32,000 bases of DNA from Candidatus Kuenenia stuttgartensis (lineage in GTDB: Bacteria; Planctomycetota; Brocadiia; Brocadiales; Brocadiaceae), in the NCBI RefSeq assembly GCF_900232105.1, contig NZ_LT934425.1:4020001-4052000 (forward strand), written 5' to 3'. Positions 8,889 through 16,805 of the stretch are shown in pieces (the stretch's first letter is position 1; every line of letters starts with the position of its first letter). The translations under genes were made by a program, and so were the position numbers. The notes beneath the pieces are model-generated. The model was not told the origin of the DNA, did not search any database, and worked only from the letters and a program-made list of their open reading frames with translations.

Positions 8889-9620
8889 TCACTTGATTTG
8901 CCAGGTATATTCCTGCAATTCGATTTTGATTTTTTCGATTGCATTCTGTACCGCTTTTACTGCGGCATTTGTAGAGATGGTCGCTCCCGTGATTGCTGTA
9001 ATTTTTTCTTTATCCGCAACTTTGGAAACTACCAGTTGATTATATGTCTTATCTTTAAATTGTTCCTGAAACCATGGACGCAGTTCCGTTGCCGCTCCAT
9101 TCCCGGAATTATTGCCTTCTTTTCCCTGATGCATGTTAAATTCAGGCAATTGTTGGATTTTCCCATGGTCAACCCCTGAAGTTTTCCCGAAAAAACTCAT
9201 TAAAACGCTCAATAAAGTATCAGAGCTTTCCTTTTCTACCATTTTCGTGCCGAGGCCAGGTGTTTCCCGCTGTGAGATGATATCGATTCCGAGAATTTTT
9301 TCCAGATTTGAATCGAGCCCCACCATTACATTTATTCTGCTTGAATATCCCTGCGCTTCACCGCTTGCCGCATATCCTATCAATTCCCCTTCACCATTTA
9401 CGCCCTTGTATATTTTGTCCTGATTCTTTGTATTGGGCGGAGAAATTTCTTCCGGTGTTTCATCAATGCCGGGAAGCACCGTAAAGAGCGCCCTGGTGCG
9501 AACCTCCGACTCTTTTTCCCTTATTTTTTCTTTCGTAGTCAGGTACGTTGAGGAAACACCAATTGATGCCAGAAGGGTAACAATCGTTAGAACTACCGGG
9601 TATTGGACTTTTTTTTTCAT
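8889..9620 (-). CDS. rnfG: Rnf electron transport complex subunit G (FMN-binding)
   Basis: 243 aa; GYSSRINVMVGLD..., QRETPGLGTK, and a TGAT flavinylation motif in AITGATISTNAAVKAV. Confidence 0.92.
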   Translation of the reverse strand: MKKKVQYPVVLTIVTLLASIGVSSTYLTTKEKIREKESEVRTRALFTVLPGIDETPEEISPPNTKNQDKIYKGVNGEGELIGYAASGEAQGYSSRINVMVGLDSNLEKILGIDIISQRETPGLGTKMVEKESSDTLLSVLMSFFGKTSGVDHGKIQQLPEFNMHQGKEGNNSGNGAATELRPWFQEQFKDKTYNQLVVSKVADKEKITAITGATISTNAAVKAVQNAIEKIKIELQEYTWQIK

Positions 9621-9623
9621 GTT

Positions 9624-10655
9624 CTATTTTTTTACTTTTGAACCATAAAGGCGTGGTTTTGTGAATCGGTCAATAAGAGGAGTCGCAGTATTCATGATCA
9701 GAATTGAATAACAAACGCCCTCGGGATAACCTGAATAAAACCGGATTAAAATAGTTAATAACCCCGCCCCAACAGAAAAAATTAACATCCCTTTTTTTGT
9801 AAGAGGAGTGGTTACCATGTCTGTCGCCATAAAAAATGCGCCCAAAAAGAGGCCTCCGGCAAATAAATGGTAAAAAGGGTTATTTGCCCATGGGGTAATT
9901 GTACGAGGAGGCAGAAAAATCGATACGACAAAAACGGTCAAAAGATACGCAACAGGCACGTACCATTTTATACATTTTTTATACAGAAGGTATAATCCCC
10001 CTGCAAGCAGCGCAATCGCGGAGGTCTCTCCAATACAACCCGGCACACTGCCAATCAACAACTGGTAAAAATTATATAATTCTGCCCCGGATTCCTTTGC
10101 AAGAGGGGTTGCCCTGGTTACCGCATCCAGAAGCAGGCCGCTTTCCCCCGTACTGGTAATGTTTTTCAATACATTCATTGCGCCCGGATCTGAAAAGAAT
10201 CGCCAATCTGAATTTACCGAAACAGGATATGCCACCTGCAAAAAAGCGCGTGCAGCAAGTGCAGGATTCCATATATTATTCCCTAAACCACCAAAAGAGT
10301 GTTTAACAACAGCGATCGCAAAAAACGATCCTACCACAGGGACATACCACGGAGCGCCTGGAGGCAATGTATAAGCAAGCAAGATGGCGGTAACAATGGC
10401 GCTGCCATCCTTAATCATTGCAAAAGCAGGCTGCTTTTTCATAAGTGAAATGACAATTTCCGTGACGAGAGCAGTAAGGCAACATAAACCAATAACAAAG
10501 AGGACATAATAACCAAAAACAAAAATGGCAGCGAATCCTGCAGGAAGTAAAGAGAGAACGACAGTCCACATGATATGAGAAATGCTGTCATTGTCTCTCA
10601 TATGAGGCGATGAACTGACGATTAAAGGAGTTACGCTCTGAGTAGTATTTGTCAT
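9624..10655 (-). CDS. rnfD: Rnf electron transport complex subunit D
   Basis: 343 aa membrane protein; GGLGNNIWNPALAARAFLQ, LLDAVTRATPLA flavinylation-like motif, FFMATDMVTTPLTKKG. Confidence 0.94.
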   Translation of the reverse strand: MTNTTQSVTPLIVSSSPHMRDNDSISHIMWTVVLSLLPAGFAAIFVFGYYVLFVIGLCCLTALVTEIVISLMKKQPAFAMIKDGSAIVTAILLAYTLPPGAPWYVPVVGSFFAIAVVKHSFGGLGNNIWNPALAARAFLQVAYPVSVNSDWRFFSDPGAMNVLKNITSTGESGLLLDAVTRATPLAKESGAELYNFYQLLIGSVPGCIGETSAIALLAGGLYLLYKKCIKWYVPVAYLLTVFVVSIFLPPRTITPWANNPFYHLFAGGLFLGAFFMATDMVTTPLTKKGMLIFSVGAGLLTILIRFYSGYPEGVCYSILIMNTATPLIDRFTKPRLYGSKVKK

Positions 10656-10705
10656 AGTTTTTACTTTATGCCGATTATTTTTACGTTACACGATAGAAAC
10701 GAATG

Positions 10706-12046
10706 CTATTTCTTTGTTTTTTGTTTTGCAATAAGGGCCTTTGTAAATTTGATGTGATGCACAATAGGCCGTTTTGCAGGGCAAATATAAGTGCAACAGC
10801 CGCATTCTTTGCATTCAAGAACATTATTCTCCAACGCAAGGGAAATATTCATGGATTCCCCCATAATACTTAACTCGCTTGGGTTGAGTCCGTATGGGCA
10901 ACTGACGATGCACCGCCCGCACCGTATACATGCATGAGATTCATAGTGCGGCTGGTTTTTCAGAACAAGAATTCCACCCGTTCCCTTAATCGTCACGGCG
11001 TTATCGATGCTCCCCTGCGCAATGCCCATCATTGGACCCCCAAAGATAATCTTATTGAGGCCAACAGAGGTTCCGGTGATTTCTAATAAATCCCGGACTG
11101 GCGTTCCAATGCGGACGCGCAAATTTTGAGGTTTATTGACTCCATTCCCCGTTACCGTAATTATTCTTTCGATCAAAGGACGCTTATATTTCACCGCATT
11201 ATTGATTGCAAACGCCGTTGCAACATTTATAACGACAGCGCCTGCCTCCATGGGGAGTTGAGTGGGTTTGAATTCACGACGTAATAATGCTTTAATAAGC
11301 TGATGTTCTGCACCCTGAGGGTATTTTACTTCCAATAAATCTATTTTAATGGAAGGATCTCCAGCCAGGGTATTTTTCAATAATTCGTAGACGTCTTTTT
11401 TATTCGCTTCAATGCCGATATGCGCTTTTTTACAACCAATGCATTTCATAACAAGCCGCAATCCCTCAAGGACTTCATTTGCATTGTTACGCATAACGTA
11501 ATGATCGCAGGTAAGATATGGCTCGCATTCCGCCCCGTTCATCACGATAGTATCTATCGTTTTATCTTTTGGGGGAGTAAGTTTTACGTGTGTGGGGAAT
11601 GTTGCGCCGCCAAGTCCTACAATACCGGCGGAGAAAACCCTTTGTCTGATCTCTTCCGGGGTGATATTTTCAGTGTCCTGTTCAACGTTTAACGTCTCAG
11701 CCCATTCTTCCTCGCCGGAATTCTCGATAACTACCGCCAGAGACTTTGCACCGGCGACAGGATGCGGATATGGCGACACATCAACGACCTTGCCGCAAAC
11801 GGAAGCATGTATGTTGGAGGAAACAAAACCATGCGCCTCGCCAATTAACTGTCCGATTTTTACCTGATCCCCTTTGTTGACAATGGGTTTTGCCGGCGCG
11901 CCAATGTGTTGATTCATAAACAGATATACTTTTTTTGGAATCGGGGAGCAAATCTCACTTATTTCAGAAGTAAGCACTTTTCCATCCTCTTTGGGATGTA
12001 TCCCCCCTGCAAAAGTATTCAATTTTGATTTCATTAATGCGTACAT
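10706..12046 (-). CDS. rnfC: Rnf electron transport complex subunit C (4Fe-4S)
   Basis: 446 aa; GGIHPKEDGK, GIVGLGGATFPTHVKLTPP, two ferredoxin motifs CIRCGRCIVSCP and CKECGCCTYICP. Confidence 0.95.
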   Translation of the reverse strand: MYALMKSKLNTFAGGIHPKEDGKVLTSEISEICSPIPKKVYLFMNQHIGAPAKPIVNKGDQVKIGQLIGEAHGFVSSNIHASVCGKVVDVSPYPHPVAGAKSLAVVIENSGEEEWAETLNVEQDTENITPEEIRQRVFSAGIVGLGGATFPTHVKLTPPKDKTIDTIVMNGAECEPYLTCDHYVMRNNANEVLEGLRLVMKCIGCKKAHIGIEANKKDVYELLKNTLAGDPSIKIDLLEVKYPQGAEHQLIKALLRREFKPTQLPMEAGAVVINVATAFAINNAVKYKRPLIERIITVTGNGVNKPQNLRVRIGTPVRDLLEITGTSVGLNKIIFGGPMMGIAQGSIDNAVTIKGTGGILVLKNQPHYESHACIRCGRCIVSCPYGLNPSELSIMGESMNISLALENNVLECKECGCCTYICPAKRPIVHHIKFTKALIAKQKTKK

Positions 12047-12268
12047 TTAGTACCTTATCAGTAATTTCTTTGCACTTTTTGGCAAAATATTAATTTTTTA
12101 ATCTGTGCAATCGTTCGACTGAGCTTGCGACGAAGTCTGTGTAATCTGTTGTTCCGCCTTTCGTATTATGATATGAAAAAAAGGCTCTTATAATTTAGCT
12201 TTCAATTCTGTAAAATCAAACGAGAAAATGGAAAAATCGATACTACAGATATTCTGAAGTAATTATTC

Positions 12269-12405
12269 GTAACACTTTAGTTTTTTGAAAAATTCCAATA
12301 ATCGCAATGTGGGGGCGAAGCATTTGCTTTAAATTGTCATAAATGCGTTCATACCCAAACGGGAAAATGCTTCGCCCCTACTTTTTCAAAAAACTAAAGT
12401 GTTAC
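12269..12405. repeat. MITE-like fold-back element with perfect 24-bp terminal arms
   Basis: 12269-12292 gtaacactttagttttttgaaaaa is the exact reverse complement of 12382-12405. An inner arm pair (12309-12325 and 12365-12381) extends the stem. Confidence 0.88.
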
Positions 12406-12467
12406 AATTATTCCGAAAGGTTGCGCCGGCGTATTATCGATAAATGTTAATCCTAAATCCTGCAAAC

Positions 12468-12488
12468 GATTTTCGCAATGCGAAAATC
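12468..12488. repeat. Perfect 9-bp hairpin preceded by CCTAAATCCTGCAAAC
   Basis: GATTTTCGC-aat-GCGAAAATC. Confidence 0.7.
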
Positions 12489-12708
12489 AGTATTTTCCAC
12501 TACCAAGATTGGCAAAAAGCGATAACAGATATCCGTTTTTTAGCAATTGTGGTAGCGCTATTGTACTACTTTAAACAAAAAGACATGGGAAATTGTCGGA
12601 AACGTGCTCTCTGATGCAATGAAAATCAAGATAGGGATGTACTGTCTCCATCTGCGGTATACTTACCACTCTCAAAAGACTAAAAAAACGAAATACAACG
12701 TCGGTTTT

Positions 12709-14046
12709 CTACTGAAAAACTACATCCAGTGACATGCGTTCCCACTTTTCCCATTCCTCCTGATGGAGAAATTTCTCCGGCAATTTTAATGTCATCTGCC
12801 GGCTTCTCTCCACCAGTTTCCCTGCCACACGGATTAACCACAGTCTCATCGTCTTTACTTCCCACTTTTGTATCACTCCACCACTGAGCAATCCCATCCA
12901 CTTCAAAAGATTATACGCTAACACCGCACACTGAAATAGCGCAGCATTGGCCAAAAATTCACCCGTACGTATGTGCCCCGCATTCATCTGTCCTTTACTC
13001 TCTTCTATCAAAGTCTCGCAGGTAGCCCTCTTTCCATAACAACGATGCGCTTCCATCGGACTTAACCGCTCCGTTGTAACGTAACAAAAATACTCATACA
13101 CGGACACTTCTACTAATTTCTTTTCTCTTTTGACCAATTGCCGCACTGCCACAAAACGTCTCGCACGATCCCACCCTGCACATCGATACCAAAATTCAGC
13201 CTGTTCCCATCCTGGCTCCCCTTTCACCTCATTCCATTTCTGCCCTTCAAGCAATCCTTCCAGATTCTTCAGCTTTACCTTAATCAGATATCCCGCCAAT
13301 ATTGACTCAAGGTATTCAAGTAATTCTCCGGTAAAAAAACCGCTGTCTCCTCGAAATACCACCCTTACCCCCTTATTCATGTACGCCATACATTCCTTCA
13401 TGAACTCTACTACTCCGTTACTCGTGTAGGCGCTTCCACAGCGGAACCAACTATGTAATACCTCCTTTGTTTCTGCAATAAATGCCATTAAGGGATGATA
13501 CGCCTTCTGCCCCTTCTTGTGCGGATTATATCCTACCTCTGCACCCTCCTGTTTCCCATATACACCATCTACGGTAGAATCAACATCTATCCATACTTCG
13601 CAAAGAGCACTCCTGAGTTTATGGCCTGATCTCACCGCACGCTTCCATATCTTTCCCCTAAACCGGTGGATCACCCCCGTCAGTTCCACTATATCTCCCT
13701 GACTCGCCAGCTTCATAATACGTCCTATCGTAGTATCTACAGGTACCTCTTTCCACCCGGACATCTTCTTCAATACCTCATCTGTACACACCTTCATCAC
13801 CTCTACCATCGATGTCGCCCCTGCTATCAACCCTATCACTACCATTTGTACCGCATCGACAAACTGATACCGGGCATTTGCTCCACGATCCTTATGGACC
13901 GCTTCATGGACTCTCTCCCGGAACATCAGCTTACCCATAAAATTCAATACCGGTAAAAGCCCTGCATGTACCGTTAAGCCTTTCCCGCTCATCTCTGCCT
14001 TGATTTTCGGTTGTCTTTTGCTGTATTTTTTTGCTATATTCTTCAT
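12709..14046 (-). CDS. IS1380-family transposase
   Basis: 445 aa; VWIDVDSTVDGVYGKQEGAEVGYNPHKKGQKAYHPLMAFIAETKEVLHSWFRCG and VVFRGDSGFF are typical of IS1380 DDE transposases. Confidence 0.92.
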   Translation of the reverse strand: MKNIAKKYSKRQPKIKAEMSGKGLTVHAGLLPVLNFMGKLMFRERVHEAVHKDRGANARYQFVDAVQMVVIGLIAGATSMVEVMKVCTDEVLKKMSGWKEVPVDTTIGRIMKLASQGDIVELTGVIHRFRGKIWKRAVRSGHKLRSALCEVWIDVDSTVDGVYGKQEGAEVGYNPHKKGQKAYHPLMAFIAETKEVLHSWFRCGSAYTSNGVVEFMKECMAYMNKGVRVVFRGDSGFFTGELLEYLESILAGYLIKVKLKNLEGLLEGQKWNEVKGEPGWEQAEFWYRCAGWDRARRFVAVRQLVKREKKLVEVSVYEYFCYVTTERLSPMEAHRCYGKRATCETLIEESKGQMNAGHIRTGEFLANAALFQCAVLAYNLLKWMGLLSGGVIQKWEVKTMRLWLIRVAGKLVERSRQMTLKLPEKFLHQEEWEKWERMSLDVVFQ

Positions 14047-14130
14047 CGAAATGGTGAATCTCCTTTCAGGTGTTTTTTGTTATCAATATACCGCCGAATA
14101 CCTTGGAAATCCTACCATTTCAATCCTATT

Positions 14131-14160
14131 CCTGCAACAAGGCTTTGCCTTGTTTGCAGG
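14131..14160. repeat. Hairpin upstream of the IS1380 transposase
   Basis: cctgcaacaaggc-tt-tgccttgtttgcagg, near-perfect inverted repeat with a 1-nt bulge. Confidence 0.65.
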
Positions 14161-14285
14161 ATTTAGGTTAATAATAAAAGCTTGCACTTTTATGTAGGAA
14201 TACGCTTTGAGAGGAATGATATACTGCCCGGATAGGTAACTATAGAGTATGTTTATTTATTCTTATATAAACAAATCTTCCTGGC

Positions 14286-14679
14286 GGGTTCAAGTTTGCA
14301 ACTCAATGTCATTAAGTTAAGAATTATTGCAACACTTTGGTTTTAAAAAAAACGTATTACCGATAAGCTCCGTAGGAGCAACCTGTTTGTAGTAGATAGG
14401 GATACCATAACAGATATTAGCTCCGTCAGGAGCGGCCTGTCTTCCTGTCAATCATATACAGGCCGCTCCTACGGAGCTATTTACCTGTTGAATTTTATTG
14501 TGCTACAAACAGACCGCCCCTAAAGGGGCTACATTGTTTTTTATATCCCCTTGAATTTTTCAAATAACTAAGGTGTTAAGAATTATTTTATTAAAAACAA
14601 CCCCCTTTTTCCCCCTTTATTAAGGGGACTTTTCTGGCAGGTTGCTTAACTTAATGACATTGGTTTGCAACTTGAACCC
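14286..14679. repeat. Nested fold-back element (about 394 bp) with outer and inner inverted arms
   Basis: Outer arms 14286-14321 gggttcaagtttgcaactcaatgtcattaagttaag and 14645-14679 (reverse complement, few differences). Inner arms 14321-14350 and 14556-14588 resemble the 12269-12405 arms. Core inverted repeat 14419-14440 / 14458-14478. Confidence 0.78.
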
Positions 14680-14887
14680 CACGTTTTATATTGTTACTAC
14701 CTGCTGGTATGGGGGATTTAGCCATTAAATACCTGGCGCGGCCTTTGGCCGCAACCAAATTCGAAATACGAAATAAATTCAAATGACAAAAAACCCAATG
14801 CTACAAACTTTACGTAAACCTCATCTAATCAATGTCTTACGATTATGCATTTTGAAAAACTAGCATAAAAAACAAGAAGTTGATCAT

Positions 14888-15844
14888 TTAATCCGTAGCT
14901 ATTTTTTTTGTGATGGAAGCGCTTTCAACGAGATTGACAAGCCACGGCCTTAATCTTTCTCTGTATTTTTTTTCCCGTACTAATTCTTCCAACTCTTTTT
15001 TTACCGTATCAAACTTTTTGTCGCTTCCGGTTTTTCTACCGGTAATTTTTACAATGTGATAGCCGTAATTTGTATTTATAATACCGCTTAACTCACCCGG
15101 CTTGAGATGCGCAACTGATTTTCCAATATCGTCTTCCGGACTAAATGGCAACATCTTCCCATCTCTTGAAGCAGAAGCGCGGTCAATCGACTGGGCCTTT
15201 GCCATTTTCGTAATATCCGCGCCTAAACGCAGTTTCTCAAGAGCTTCTTCCGCCTCTCTTTTCGTTTTCAAAACTATCTGCTGCGCCTCGATTTTTTCTC
15301 CATAAATACTTTTATATGCCTCTTGCAAATCCTCTTCAGATACTGAAATCGTCTTCATTACAACCTTTTCAGCACGTAATTCAATCTCTGCCTCTTTTAC
15401 TAATCTCTTCGTTAATTTATCTTTAAACTCTTTAAGACTTGCACCGATCTTTTCCAGTTCCTTATCAAGATCCGCTTCGTTTTCTATTTTGTACGTTTGC
15501 AGTAAAGCGTTCACTTCGCGCTGCACAAGGGTGTTTATCTTGTTTTCTACTTCCTTAGTGGTAAGTGATATTCCATGTTTTCTTGCCTCCTGGTTTATAA
15601 GCGTTCTTCTGATAAGAACATCAAGGGCTTCATTTCCATAAGTACTCAATAAAAGTTCATATAGCTCATTGCTGGTAATCTTTTGTCCATTGACAATAGC
15701 AACAACATCCTTGTCTTCTTTTGATTCTTTACTTACAAGTACTATACTGGTTTCAGAGTTAGCTGACACACTCTGATTGTGGATACTAAAACTTCCAAAA
15801 GAAAACATTGCCGCCATAGGTAAGAAGAGGTATTTTCTATTCAT
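14888..15844 (-). CDS. PpiC/SurA-type peptidyl-prolyl cis-trans isomerase
   Basis: 318 aa with N-terminal signal-like segment; SRDGKMLPFSPEDDIGKSVAHLKPGELSGIINTNYGYHIVKITGR is a parvulin signature. Confidence 0.88.
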   Translation of the reverse strand: MNRKYLFLPMAAMFSFGSFSIHNQSVSANSETSIVLVSKESKEDKDVVAIVNGQKITSNELYELLLSTYGNEALDVLIRRTLINQEARKHGISLTTKEVENKINTLVQREVNALLQTYKIENEADLDKELEKIGASLKEFKDKLTKRLVKEAEIELRAEKVVMKTISVSEEDLQEAYKSIYGEKIEAQQIVLKTKREAEEALEKLRLGADITKMAKAQSIDRASASRDGKMLPFSPEDDIGKSVAHLKPGELSGIINTNYGYHIVKITGRKTGSDKKFDTVKKELEELVREKKYRERLRPWLVNLVESASITKKIATD

Positions 15845-15945
15845 AAATATTGCCTTGTACGAGATAAAAATTATTTTTTTAGTAAAAAGTTAGAATTGAG
15901 TTAAAATTATAACACAGAGAAAATTAACGTGTCAATGCTTTTAAA

Positions 15946-16554
15946 ATGAACAAATGGGAGATGTGCAAAGTGACAGGAATTATATTGGCCGGCGGGAAAA
16001 GCACCAGGATGGGAACTAACAAGGCATTTCTTGCCTATGGAAATAAATCCTTCATCGAAATTCAAATCGATATATTAAGGCATATATTCCGGGAAATAAT
16101 TATTTCCGCAAATGACTTCTCCCTGTATGAACATTTACAATTGCCAATCGTTCCTGACGTCATGCCAGGAAAAGGTCCTCTTGGTGGTATTTGTGCGGGA
16201 CTTATTCATTCAAAGTACTCATACGCATTTGTAATCGCCTGCGATATGCCGTTTATTAATAAGGAAGTAATCGTATATATGAAGGAACTTGTCAAAGGCG
16301 ACAATTATGATGTAATTGTTCCGCATACAGTCCGCGGACCCGAACCTCTTCATGCATTTTATTCAAAAAATTGCATTCAAACCATGCAGCGATGCCTTGA
16401 AGAAGAAGACCTGCGGATGTCTGATTTCTTGCAGAAGGTAAATGTGCGGCATGTTAACGAAGAAGAACTTATTAAGTCGGGCAAAGATATAAAATCTTTT
16501 ATCAATCTCAACACCTATAGAGAATATGAAGACTATCGTTCAGAATGCAACTAA
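15946..16554 (+). CDS. mobA: Molybdenum cofactor guanylyltransferase
   Basis: 202 aa; GIILAGGKSTRMGTNKAFL, PDVMPGKGPLGGICAGL, VIACDMPFINKEVI. Confidence 0.92.
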   Translation: MNKWEMCKVTGIILAGGKSTRMGTNKAFLAYGNKSFIEIQIDILRHIFREIIISANDFSLYEHLQLPIVPDVMPGKGPLGGICAGLIHSKYSYAFVIACDMPFINKEVIVYMKELVKGDNYDVIVPHTVRGPEPLHAFYSKNCIQTMQRCLEEEDLRMSDFLQKVNVRHVNEEELIKSGKDIKSFINLNTYREYEDYRSECN

Positions 16555-16573
16555 AACATTTGTCACGGAATAA

Positions 16574-16792
16574 ATGGAAAACCAACCAGACCCGATCATA
16601 TATAATATCGGCCAATTGCTTACCATTCGTGGGGTAACGCAAAAACCAAAGACTTCCTGGCAAATGGACGATTCAGGAATCATAGAGGACGGCGCTGTTG
16701 CAATAAAGGAGGGACAGTTTTTTTACGTGTCTAACACCGAAGAAATAATGGACCGCTACGACTCCGGCACGATCAAAACCATTAATGCCTGA
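16574..16792 (+). CDS. Truncated amidohydrolase (imidazolonepropionase-like) N-terminus
   Basis: 72 aa; NIGQLLTIRG...GIIEDGAVAIKEGQFFYVSNTEEI resembles the N-terminal beta-domain of HutI-like amidohydrolases, but the metal-binding DxHxH part is absent. Confidence 0.5.
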   Translation: MENQPDPIIYNIGQLLTIRGVTQKPKTSWQMDDSGIIEDGAVAIKEGQFFYVSNTEEIMDRYDSGTIKTINA

Positions 16793-16805
16793 TGAAATGT
16801 GAATT

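Noticed and set aside
8202-9648. Plus-strand ORFs opposite scpB/rnfG (8202-8489, 8724-9179, 9133-9423, 9433-9648)
   Set aside because: Antisense to strongly supported genes and lacking family signatures.
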